This document shows, piece after piece, positions 13,001 through 26,300 of a DNA stretch of 64,000 nt. Each line of letters opens with the position of its first letter. Position 1 is the stretch's first letter. Origin of the DNA: Raillietiella orientalis (lineage: Eukaryota); NCBI GenBank assembly GCA_036172245.1, contig JAYWIR010000034.1, positions 310,001 through 374,000 on the forward strand. The letters are read 5' to 3'. The notes below the pieces were generated by a model, which had not been told where the DNA came from, made no database searches, and saw only the letters and a list, made by a program, of their open reading frames with translations. A program made the position numbers and the translations under genes.

Positions 13001-16000
13001 TGAAGATGCAGCGATGGATGGAAATGGTTTAGATTATTGAGGTTTTTTGTCTCCTCCCAAGAACATCTCGAAGAATGGATGTCTCGAAACTTGAGGGAGA
13101 CACCATTCTGTGTGAATCTGTAGACCCTAGAAGCGTGTAAAATCTTCCTGACTCTGGAATCATGTCCTCCTGATTCTGTATTTCAGACTCATACAATGTG
13201 CTCTTCTGAGAAAGGACATAGAGGCGCTGAAGAATTTGGAGTGCCTCTCAACTACATCTGTTGTCGACTCACCCTCAAGATCTCGGTCCTTGTTGATCGG
13301 TAAGAGCTCTCCAAAGACAGCAACAGGTGGTGATCATAGGGACAGGTTCGGATAGAACGGTCTGGGCTACGAACTAATTCAAGATGAAAACAGACAGAGT
13401 ATTCTTCCCCATGCGATGCGACCCACTAAAATTTCCGACTCCGTCAACAGAAATAGGATATCATCTTTGGCAATTTCCTTTCAATTTTCCTTCCGATCTG
13501 TTGTTTGGGCGAGTGGTAACTTTATACTCGAAAGCATCTTCTTACGAAGAATTTTCTGTATTTCACCATCCTTAATGGAAACCGAACCGATAAATGTCCT
13601 TCCCGTGTACGAATTTCTTCCCCTGGATTACAGCACAACTTCTAAACTCCACCTGTTTAGCACATGGTCTAAAATTCTCTTTCGAATTCTCGTGATCTCT
13701 CATGAGAAGGAATATCAGGACACCGGAGTACGCTTTGCTTATTTTTCCACACTCAAGGCTATTTATTTTCTGTGGCAGTTTCAAGGTTTGCTCTTCAGTT
13801 CATCTACTAGGTAGAAACGGAAGGTCAAAGAGAGCAGCCAAGTAATGGATTTCGCACCGGAAATCGTCCTGTCATCTGCAGGGGAGCAGTTGAAGCTTCC
13901 GATAACGGATGGCTCGAAAACGAGCGAATAATTTTCCAAAATTCCAAAACCTGTTAAATGGTCTGCTTCAGTTCGTGAGAAGTTCTTCCTGAAAGCACTC
14001 CACACACTCAGTGAAGTTTGCAAACTCAGCTCAAAAAGAGCCGGCCGCCACAAGCCGAAGTCGCTTTCGTGAGACTTCGTTGGATTTCGAGGGGAACGTC
14101 CAGGTGTATTTGTGGATGCCATTCAGTAACTCCCCTTCGAAGTCTGACGTTGTAAAAACCCTCGTTTACTTTGAGTTTGCTCTTGTCATCGAGAGGTAAC
14201 CGGAGGAGCAATGGATGCAAGTTTAGAGATTTTCGAGGAGCAAATCGCTCGTTTATCCAGATTCCAGATTCATTTACAGAACTTCTTCGAGTGGAGAGAA
14301 GAAGAATGATTGCTGAAATTCGAAGTATCGCTCCACGATGTGCATCAAGATCGTTTCGCATCTTCAGAACTTTTCAAGTCGCCTGTGTAAAGAAGAGGTT
14401 CGCTCTTCATCTTCACGAAGAATACACGTTTCACTTGTATGAACACAACGAAGCACGCATACGTTCTTTCTGAGATTTGAGATGCCCGCCTTTCGATTCC
14501 ACTCTTAGTGTGATGCAAAGCTTTCATCAAACTTCTGCCTTGCATCGATGTTCATGGAGAAAATTTCAGGATCCGCTTCCGAAAAAATGCTCCAGAATTT
14601 TGCATCAGTAGGATACTTCCTTTCAAGCAGTGTAGAATCTCAGAGAGGCTCCGATGTGAGACAGAGGAGCAGGAGTGCGTATGCTTTGATTTGAAAAATG
14701 AAATCCCAATGGGACTGTATTTCATCCTTCAGGAATACGTGGCTCCTTAACTGCAAGGAACGATCCGTTCTGAGAAACGTAGCATAGCCTCTGATTCATA
14801 GGAGGCCTCTGAAATCCCGTGGATGATGCAGTTCTGAGTCCTTATAGCACCTAAGGACCATCTAGATCGCAAACATTCTGTAGAGCTTTCAGTGCAAGTC
14901 GTGGATTTCCCAGCTGACTCGAAGATCAAGTTCACCCGGAAACTCAACGCTAGCCGTTCTCTGAAGAGCTCATGTTAGTGATCTGAAACATAACATGGTG
15001 TTTTGCTTTTCTTAGTTCTGATGTCATCGGAAGAAGAACGAAGCAATGTGAATTTTCATGGGTTCTCGTGGTACAGCTTTTTTATCATTACAATCAAGAA
15101 AGCAGAAAATAATGCCAAATTTAAACTGGATGATGGATATAAGAATCGTAATGGATGGAAATGCAGGAGCATCCTTCAAAGCACAAGTGCAGGCAAAATC
15201 CACTGCCGCTCTATTGAGCTGCACATTGCGCCGACAACGGAGAAAAATCAATGATTTCACGAAATTCTTCAAAGAGGAACCTGCGCAAGGAAGGAGATTT
15301 CATCTTGCGGTGGCTTCTTATGAAGTGAATGCACACTTCAGAATAAATTTATGGAAGCGCTTTTTATCCAAGCCATTGATGATCATCTGAAGAGTGGGGA
15401 TGGACTGAAATCGATGGCTACATAGATCCACAATAAACGAATACAAATCTGAAGAACACAGAATTTATTGTTTTTTATAAACATTCGAGTGGCGCTGAGA
15501 AATCGGGCTAAAAATAGCCAGATTTCGGGAGGAGTTTTGCATAGGGGTGGTATCTCACAGAGTCTTGCAAGAAGTGCACCTTCATCGGTAGTCCAAAATC
15601 AGGTTTTGGGTAATAATCTGGAAAAACTGTGCATCATTAATTAATGTAAGAATATTCCAAAAGAGGCAAGCATTTCTTCCTTCAATCATTTACAAGCGAA
15701 CGAAGATCGGCAAAAAATCGTATCAGAAGTGCAGTTCCGAGGAAACTGGCTGGAACACTCTCGTTCCATCCACCCAACTCAAAGGGAGCTTCAACCGAAT
15801 CCAGTTCCTGTTTTTAACTGAGGTCTCCCATGTTCTCTGCCCCCGCCCCCTTGCCACGATGCCGGTATCTCGTTCGAAAGTTCTCATGGAACCACCATCC
15901 CAAGGAGACTGAAGGATGAGGCGCGGGGACTAACGCGACCACCTGTCTCTCAAACGGCCGTCACCTCTTAATTCTCACTGCCTCTCTGAAAGGACACTTA

Positions 16001-17170
16001 TGCAGAGGAGGGAACAAGCCTTTTCAGGGACGCTCGGTGCTCCGTGTGCTCTTCAAAAACGACCAGCGTTTGGATGCAAAGGGCAACCAGAGATTCGCAC
16101 GTCCCATGCAGCGCAAATACAGGAAAGTTTCCAGAACGTTTTCCTGGGAGCGTATCCCCGGGATTCCTTTGTCGAGGGCGGCGTAAGCCTTCCCCGAGAA
16201 GCCCTTCCTGAACGATTTTTCCAGGAAAAGCAAGGGCTGCTTCCACAGTTTGCTCGACTTTCTCAAGCCGTGGGAGTGGTCAGGAGGAAGTCATTCGATT
16301 TGTTCCTGCTTCTCTGTGTCTTCCCGGATTCCAAAGGGAGGAGCAACAAAGAGGAAAGAAAGAACGATGCTTACAGTTCCTCGGTTCTACAATTACCCAG
16401 AAAACACTAGAGATCTGAATCTGAGCTAAGCAACCTAGTCATCGCAGTAATCACGTCAGTGTTCTTCCGCAGATCTGCTGGCTCGACGGGCAATGCTTCC
16501 CGATGCTCGTGGGCGGCGTTTCATCCCTTAGCACATTTTTTCCTCGTGATTAGTTCCTTCAGGAACACAACCTCAGTTTCTCTCCTCTGAGGGGATTCTT
16601 CGTGATACTGGTTCGTGATACTAGAACAAAACCCCATCTTGGGAGAGAGTGTTTTTACAGGAGATGTACATATGGCGGGCTTCCCTCGAAGTTTACTCAG
16701 GACAGGCCGGAGTGGAGAGTGTTTCCGTGTAGAATCTGAAGGTGCCAAGCGTCAGAAACAGGAAGAAAGAAGAAGAGGAATTCTGGTCAAATAAGAGCGG
16801 AATGCTCCTCGAGCACCTTTGATGTTGCTGCGACAAGCTAGATAGATGAAACACGGTTCCCATCGGCGTTCATCCCTGAACTCTTTTGATCGAAGGAATC
16901 AAAATCCATCTGCTTCGCGGAAGAAATTCCTAGAGGCTCTCCTTCACACCTTATGCAGGGAGAGAGATTCCAAAATTCCAAGATGAAATTTTCATCACAT
17001 GAGGAAGGGAGTCCGGATGCTCAGCGAGGTTTGATAGCACACCGCGAATCCGCCTCTGGAACCTTCCTCTCCTCCATGAGAGAAATTTCCTAATGAAGCG
17101 TGAACGCCGGATTCTTCTCTCATACAGAGCCATTTCGCTCCTCGATTTCCAGATGATGCCATGGCTTTGC

Positions 17171-17385
17171 TTATCTTTCGGAGACTTTATGATCTGTGGA
17201 ACTGCTTGACGATATCTGCTCTTGCAGTTCCTTTGTCTCCATCACTCCATACAATTCGATTTGCGGTTTGCAAGTGGCAAGAAGTGGTTGTCCTTCGCAT
17301 CGGGGTTTAAGGGACATGCCAGAGAATTGGCAGCTTGGAAGCAGGGGCCCCAGAAAACGTGAAAAGGGAAGAGCAGCCGGAAATG
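17171..17385 (-). CDS. Putative KHDRBS-like terminal exon 8
   Basis: Acceptor cttttcagtcttttctag|CA (phase 1, matches exon 7), open to TAA at 17171: (A)[71 protein letters not shown] minus-strand AATAAA occurs near 15464-15469. Confidence 0.5.
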
Positions 17386-20300
17386 CTAGAAAAGACTGAA
17401 AAGATGGTTTTTCTGCATTCTCTGCCACATTTGACAATCTGTTTTGTTTCTTCATTGCAAGCAACCTTCGTGCCGCCGAACTTTAAGGAGAAGAATTCCT
17501 CAAGATGCTTCAGACCTTGGAAAAAAAAAATAAGGAATGCTAAGATTCACAAGAAATCATGCCTCGGAGCACGCCGAGACTGGGAAGATCGTTGGCCTAT
17601 CACGATGAGAATCCGAGGCAAATTTGAAGCTTTGTAGTCAGCAGCCTGATCTTCAAGTAGCTTTGCAAAAAGCGTTTCCATCTTTCTGCCGCAGCATGCC
17701 GCGTCGCTTCGGAAACGTGGATCATTCGTTTTGCACGAGGATTTGAGGCTGATTTGGTTTCCCATTCGTTTCCATCTCAGCCATGTGGCTGCTTTACCGA
17801 CTGTCCTGTTTTCCGGCAGACGCTTTCGATTTTGCGAGCATGGGAAAAATAGGGAAAGGAAGCTATTATGGCTGTTTCTTCGATTGCATTGCGGGTGCAC
17901 GGTGAAATTTCCAAGGGTACGACTCGCAACGAGAAAAAAAAAAAAAGTGTGCAAAGCTGTCATCAATGCAACTGCTGCATAATTAGTGACATCCCTGATT
18001 TATTAAAAGATCGGTGCGTGAGCTCGTGTGGAGCCGTGTCCCAGGCACAGGTAGCGAGGCGAAACTTCATCACATAGAGAAACTATACCTGGAAATCAAA
18101 CACCATTAGGAGGGCGGCTGGGAAAAACGCGAGAGTCAGTTTTCCATGGACCAAATTGAAAAGGGCGCCGGTAGTTCGAGTGAGGGACCAACAAGCCTCT
18201 ATCGAGAATGGACGTGAAAGGAAAAAGGAGACAATTAGCTGACCTCCTGTCATCCCACCCACGGTGTCATCGACATTTGTGAAAAGATGGGATCGCAATT
18301 CCATTCATAAGACTTGAGGAGGAGGAAAATATCAAATCTGTAACCGAGACTGTCCTCAGGGATGAGGATGATTCCTGAGGAGCTGGTGACGCCTCCCATC
18401 GAGAAGAAACTTACCATAGGGCTTTATTCCGTACAGGGGCTCCATGATCTCCATCCAAGGATAGGCGCATTCCAAAGGATATCTATAAAAAAAAAAACCA
18501 TAAATGTAAAATAGCATCCACCAAGGTGGTAATCCCGAGTGCTTCAGAGCGGAAAGCAAGCACAACTTGCCGAGTACTTTCGGAGGAAGACGTAGCCGCC
18601 GAGAAGTAGCCGCACGCGCATCGGTGGAACAGCTGAGGGTGTGCCCGTTAAGAAATGAAGATCGTGTAAAAAGGAAAGCTCACGAATATTCTCAGTAGGA
18701 ATAACTCATCAGCTCCTTCGTTTCGAATTCTCAAAATGCGCTCCCTTAACCACATGAACCACCGAATTTTCAAATTTAGTAAGTCTGCGTTCGACATGAT
18801 TCATTCAGTTCATCTGTTTCTTGTAACTTTCTTTCCCTCGTTATGAAAGAAATCTCTGTGATAATTTCAAACAGTGAAGATGGCAAGTTTTCCATAGTAT
18901 CTTACTGTGATAGTCAGTAATTCCTAACGAGGACTCCACGTTCCTGGGAATCGCCCATCGGCAAGAGTCATTCTGCAGCGCCATGAAAGACTCGAGCATC
19001 TCTACCTCCAAGATGGAGGACTCGTAGAAGCCTCTTTCGCTCTATATCACTCAGACAGAGTATAAACGTCTGAAGTAATGAATTTTTTTTTTTTTTCAAT
19101 TGTCTGATCTATCTGCCCGTCTCTTCAGCCGTGCGCGACTGGTGCAGATCGGAACACCAGCAGCCTAATGGCACAGAAAGTGCATTTCCCATCGAATCGT
19201 CTGTAGCTCTCAGTTTTGTCACAACACTCAGACGAAGACACGCTTTCTTGAGTTACTGAATGCTATGAAGCTCATGTCGCGCATTCTTCTGCCTAAACCA
19301 TTTACCCGAAAGCAAGGCAAACACTTGCCTGTTGCTGCTCCGTATCTCAATGGACCACATTTCACAAAAGGCTTTTACGCTTTGCGGCTATGAACAAGAG
19401 GATGTTTCCAAGGAATGATCGATGTATCTTCACATGGAATAGTAAGAACCACTTCTCATTCTCTATATAATATGTGAAGTTCGTAAGATCTGAACATATT
19501 TCTGCTACTGATGTTTGTCTTCACCACGTTTCTGTTCCGCCGAACAACGCAGAAACTCAGAAAACCATGGTGTTACTTTGTGTAATCCAACCCTTCCCAA
19601 AAGCATTTCTGGGCTTCATGAAGCAGCCAAGACGGAGCTGTCAGCTCTTCCTGAATCAGACGATCCTTTCTAGCATGCAACACAACCTAAGTCATCTCAT
19701 CCCTAGCCATACAAAGGAGTGGTATCAAACTGAGAAGAAATGAGGAAAGAGATCCTGGCATCCGATTGCGATGATAATAAGCAGAAATATCAAGCAAAAT
19801 GACCCACAATGGATACGATCTTCAAATCGTTCATTGATCGAAGGGCACTCCGAATTCTAGGGAGCGAATGACAGTGTTGTGATGGGCCCGAGTTTTTCAC
19901 TTTTTAGAGGAAGATTCGTCTCTGAGATCAGAATCACTCAAGGAGACCAATCATGAGCGCTCATGCTGCTCATGAAGAACGGAAAGAGACACCTATGATG
20001 GGTGTGCCATGGATCGAAAAAAAACACTTCGATAAAAAGACATTCGACTGTTATAAGCGCGTTGGGATCATGGAAACAGACTACATTGGAGCAAACACGA
20101 CAAATGAAGTGTATTCGAACAGCAAACTGATTCAAGGCAGATCTTTATTTTCTAGACAACGGACAAATATTTCCAAAGATTGAAAACAGCGCTAAGAATA
20201 GGTGGCCCGCATAACACCAATGTTTACTGTTCCCCTGTCTCCTCCATCATCGCTCCCCTACAGCTATATCTTGTCCCTCCAGAGAATAAGCACAACGCAT

Positions 20301-23300
20301 TCCTCGATCCCCCTTTGCAAGGATACCAAGGCTACTTGAGGCTGTTTCCAAGGAATGTTTCCAAGGAATGATGTCTTGAAAAGGGGTCCGAGCGCAGAAA
20401 CACGGATGAATGAACCAATGATTTAAAATCAGTGTCGATACTTTAAAAAGGGAACCTACAAGGCAACCTATCTTCCAAAATACCAGTACGTGCGAACAGC
20501 TCGAGCAAATGTTTCTGAAATTCATCGAAAACTTTTCCAATTATCGGATTTTCCGCGATCAAAAGAAATCATGGTAGCATGTTTGACATCCCTGTAAAGA
20601 ACTGTTATCGGCTTCTGTACATGGCCACCTGATGGCAATGGCTGGACCATATAGCTTTCGTCTTAATTCTCAATTCCACATTCTAGATGCATCGTCTGAT
20701 TAAGCATTAGAAAGAGCAAGGACAGGAAACACACTGAGCACAGGATCTAAATTAGGACGCTGAGAGTCCTGTTTGCTACTCGCGCTGATGCTTCATGTAA
20801 AACTGCCAACATGCATGAGATGTCCTCTCGAAAACAGCCTTGTTTTGAATCATTAGTTTGGCATGTTACAGCAGGCTGGATCAAGCTGCGTTCCTTCCAG
20901 GATTCGTATGAAAGTCCACGCCTATTTCACTCATCAGCAACGGCTGTGTCGGCCTCAAATCACCTACAAGCCCTCGGCTGAAGACCTGCAACCCTTACGC
21001 GGTTCAACACTTATTCAGTTTGCCAATACCCCGAACGATTCGGTCCGGTAAAATGCAATCAAACTGAAATCAAATTAGGCTGGGAAGACTCCTTTTGGTG
21101 ATGACAGCGATGCATTTTGAAACTAAAGAACGGACAGATGTGGAAAAAGTGGAACCTCCTGGTCTTTTCGAGTCCTTTGACTCTATTTCTCTTATACTGA
21201 TATTTGCTTTACTTCCAAGCAATGGGAAACTAAAAACTTTGGCAAGTAGCCATTTTCGCTGATCAGGCTTGCCGAATTGATTACGATCGAGAAAAATCAA
21301 CCTCCAAAAAGCGATCCTTCAAAGACAAACTCGAAGCTGCAAGCACAGAGGTGTTTGGAGCAATGGGAGATGTGTGCGGGAGAAACACATCCGCCGAAAA
21401 ACAGTTGCCACTGAAAAGAAAGTTCCAAACTGTCCTTGAAAAACCTGTTCGGAAAATGTCGTCCCACCTCAGGAAACAGATCAACAGCAAAACAGGAGTT
21501 ACATTCTTCCTGCGCCGACTTGCCTTCGTTTGATCTCCGAGTGTGAATTCGCGAAATATTCCTTTCATCGATGTCTTCTGTGCCCTAATGGTACGCTTGA
21601 AAGATATGAGAATCCTCACAACACATGCACCAAATGCTACACACAATCAACCTCCTTATCCTGCGGTACTTCTCATTACAAAGAGGGAAACGAAGGGGAC
21701 TCACAGGCTCGAGCCACAGTCTGCGAATTGAAATTCGGTTAAGAATTTGGAGCCACGCGCACGTGTGCACGCGTGCACTTGAACCCACTCTCTGGATGCT
21801 GCACTCCCACGCGAAAAAAGCCAAGGTGCGTTTTCCTTCCAGAAGGGGAAGCTCGAGCGGATTTGGGAAGTCGTTGGCATTGCAATTTAGGCAGTCCATG
21901 GGTAGCCCGGAAACTCCCGTGCCATTCTCAAGGCAACCTCAATCATTGGGAGCATCAGTCTCCAACATGGTATACGGAGCAAACGTCACTCATGGGATCC
22001 CTTTCGGTTCCGGGACTTCGCGATGCTCGCGCTTGATCGAGATTCTTCAGTACAAGACTGCTGCTGTACTGAGGTACTGCCCTGTCACTCGATCTGGCTG
22101 CAGCTTCGATACAAGGGATCAAGGTAGTACATGACGTCAGAGTGAACATGAAACGAAAAAAAGAGGCTCCTGCAGAAGGAGGCTACGAAAAAGGGGGTAG
22201 ATTTTCGGGACGGGAAACTACGAAGAAATTTCGAACCACGTGTGATCCTCCTAGCTTGATATTCCCACACAAAGTCGCCAGAATTTTTCATCCTGATGTT
22301 ACTTTCAATACAATGAAAAAAAGTATCCATATTGATAACGCTTCTTGCTTCCAGAATTGTGGATCTGCGTTTGTCTTCATTCACGCATGGGAATGCGAAT
22401 CGGAATGCCAATGAGTTTTAATGATGCAGACTTATTTTTCAAAGTCTGCTGCTTCGTTCAGCATCTCTCCACAGACTTGTCCTTTTGGATTTCATTCTTC
22501 TTTACACAGTGACAGTGTTTTGGAATCTTCGTTCATGAGATCGGAACGGAAAACGCTCTTGTTGTCATTTCTTCCATTGACGTAATGATTTCATTTCCAT
22601 CGTGAGTCCCTGGTTACGCAGATTCCCAGCATAGTGATTCAGTGAGCTGGTTAGGATATCATCTGATGGATGAAACGAGAGTCAAATGCAGTTCCAAATT
22701 CGAAAACATTGTGCAAGACCCCTTTTTATAAGTGCGGAAACTTCTCGAGCTACACCAACACTTATAACTGAGCCAATTGAGAACAGTGGCGGTGGCAACA
22801 CTGCCAGCATATTCAGCATGCTGTCAAAAAATACAAGACATTCATCCAGACTCACCCTTTCATGTTTGGGCTGGGATTTCCTGAGTTCCTCGAAGGAAGA
22901 TGCGAATGCTTGCTGCCAATGTTCTTGGAATTCTCGCCTTTCGATTTAGAAGTCTTCTTTTCCTTTCTGTTGGCAGACATGAATGAAGGTATTACCGTTT
23001 CTAAATGTCTCGTGAGCTTTGATTCCATTTTATTCGAATCTAAAAGCACAACATCCATGGTTTGTTTACTTCGGATTTGATTAGAATTACTTATTTGTAA
23101 CCATGAGCTTGAATGTTTTTCAGTTATATACAAAAGAATTACAATCTCTACCAAACTGTTTCAGTGGCCATCAGGTTGTTAAGAGCTGAAAAGAAGGTGT
23201 GTTTAAAAGAAAGCGTTTCAAAAGCGTGTATTTGTAGTTTGTTGGATTCGTCACATTTATCAAGAGGTTTGGAACGAGGGAGAAACTTTGAAACGTGAAC

Positions 23301-26300
23301 ATTCGGCCATTCGACAGTCGCTTTTGCATTCCATAAAGATGAAACTAATTGAAATGCAGAATGGACAAATTGTGGAACGCGTTGATGATTCAGTGCTCTT
23401 CAATTCAGTAACTTCCATGCGGTGAATGTTTTTGTTTTTTCTCTCTTTTTTCGATTCCATTGGATGGGTCGATAAACATAGGAGATGCGACTCTGCCAGA
23501 TAGGAAAGTCGACGTCTTCGTTCATGATCAGTAAAGTACCGGTGAATTTGTAGACGAAAACCCAATGGATGCTCAGTTTCAGTTTCTTTTCAGGCAGAGA
23601 AAAACATTTGATCAAGGCGCCCTCGAATGGAAATTTGTGCATCCGACTGATAACTCCTGGAGAAAAGGGTCTCGCCGGAACCCCTATTTGCAATTAGGAT
23701 CGGAATCCACGTCTTCTCAAACAAGTTCCTTTGGCAACGTTTTCAAGGTTTCACCCTCCGCGTACTTCCAACGCCCGATTTTCCACGCAGAGGGAAGAGA
23801 GGAGTTGAATTTCATGGAAGGATTCTGATGATTCAAGAGTTTGTTCGCAGTTCGCACAAGATGGAGAGGGGATACTTTAGTCTACCGCAGACGACCTTTC
23901 GAAACCAGAAGAATTATCTGTCTAGAGAGTACAAAGGGAGGAAAACAGCACGTGCCAGGAGCGCAGAGTGCTTGCAGTGGTTTTAGTGCAAAGGGGAACG
24001 TTTGCAGATCAGGGAGCGGGACTCACCATGCAGCAGTGAGCTCACAACCCGATTTGGTGTCGCTGTTGTGCCGAATGCCTGGTGAAAGGGAACGACAGCG
24101 GGACAGCAGCTCTCACAAGCCAGCAAGAACAAATGAGTCGATTCAAAGATTTTTGCTCGATAACTCGGTGGTTTTTTCACATCCAACGATAATGAAGACG
24201 CCCGGAGAGACACAAAAGTGATCAGGATATTTGTACCGGAAAAAAAAAAAAAAACTCAATTTTCCGATTTCCCTTTTTCTGTCCCTTTAATATCGTGATT
24301 CGGGAGCGCCTTCGAGGACGGTTGAAGGACTCAATGCAATAATTTTTTAAAGGGATTTTTGTCATCACGAAGCGACGAGCTCACTGAGAAATCGACAAGA
24401 GCTTGGACTATCGAAAACCGGAGTGTTTCCTGCCTGGGAAAGGACTTCTCAAATCAGCGAACGTATATTCCCGATGATAGATCGATAGCAAACGAGCGTC
24501 TATCAGAGCACGAAACTTACGGGATGCTGCATAGGCAAAGAAAAACATTCCAAAATCTAGGAAAAAGTCCCTGCATGACAGACTGAGGTGAGGAGGATTT
24601 TTCGACAGAGAATCTGCCAGTGCAGCTTATTGTCGCACATGAAAAGAAGAAATACTCAGATGGAACGTGACATTCTGCCTCCTGAAGACGAAAACAAGAT
24701 TCATACTTACATTCAAATTGGGATACAAGCGCCCAAGTGAGAACTCAAGGTGGGAATCTACTCTGTTCGGTCTGGATGACTTCGCATCTTGACGGCAAGA
24801 CAGGAAACACAATGAAGGAAAGCTCGAACAAAGGAAGCGAGGTCACACAAGTTTCTGGATTTCGCGTGGCCGTTCAGAGATCTTCTGGAAGGCGATAGAC
24901 TGCTGCAATCAAGCTCCATCCACAGATACTGCTAAATGCAAAGATTCCGAAATTGAAGCATTCCACAGAAACTGGAAACAAGGGTGGCAAACTCTTTTCT
25001 TGTCTTCATTCTTCAACGCTACATTCAGTCGTTACATTGGATGGGAATCCGAACTTTTGTATTGAGGAGAGAGTATGAGATGATTCACTAGCCTCTGGGA
25101 AGATGTAAGCTTTCCTTGCCGGTACAAAGTCGCGCTTGCAAAGATCAGCATTTCAATCCCGTAAGGTTATAGAACTGACCCGTTCACCCTACAGTATCTT
25201 GTGAGTCACTTTACAAAAAAGAGAAAGAAAGATATGGAAGCGAGTTTGTCTTTGGAAGGAATTGAAAAGTAGAGAGTGTACAAATCTCGAGTGGTACTGA
25301 CGATAGATCCTCCTCGACACTAAGAAGCAAAAGAGAAAAAAAGAAAACATGCGAAAGGAAGGAATCAAAAGATAGGAATGCTGCAGGCAGAACATACGAA
25401 TGCTCCAGAAAGGGATTCTGAAAAGCTGCCTGCAGAGCAACCGAGCGACTGCAATCACCGCAGGTTGCATCATGAGTTCCTGAAGCGCATTCTTTTCTCC
25501 AGTCCCACACAGACCGCCAGCGTGCAGGAATCAAGGGTAGGCGCTCTTTTGCCAGCTTCCCTGCTGGGGTCTGATGCTTTTCATGTTCTCAGGAAAATAC
25601 GCAAAAGGGAGGAAGGTCTTCAAGTGACTGTACTTATCAGGAAAAAGAGTGGAGTCTGGATGCGGAAAGAATGGAAGATTTCTCCAAGAGAAACCAAAAA
25701 GTACTTATGCAGCAAGGAACCTCCCAGGGTTAGAACAACAGAAACTGTCTTCAAGATAAAAGCTGGAGAGGGCATTTCGACGCTGCTAAGTGCAAAGCAA
25801 CGAAAATGTCTAGCTCTTTGTTAGGAAGTGAAGGAGGAACTGCCGTGCGAAAGGAACCAAGAGAATAAGGTGATAAAGCAAAAGGAAGGAAGTTCCAATA
25901 ACAAAAATTCTAGGATGCTGCTCATCCACGCAAGTGCACACTCAACTGTTTTGGCTGATAAACGAGGATGTGGTACTTAGGAAATCAGATGTACGAGTTC
26001 TCACAATAGTGGAAGAGGAGGCTGTCAGGAGTCATCGAGATTATCTTTAGAATCTCAAATGCTGGAGCGGCAAAGGATCGCTTGATGCGATCGTTTAAAC
26101 GAACTTGCAGGATCCCGGAGGAGAAAATAAAAATGCTCGAGCTAAGACAGCTGCACGGAGCAATCACATGCACTCAACATAGGTACGGAGCGATGTGATT
26201 TCATAAGATGAAAAACGTTTATGGAAGTTCTCTGACAGTGCACTCTACCGGTACCGACTTGGAGCATCCTTGACGATGCTGCTGCATCACAAAGTGTTGT

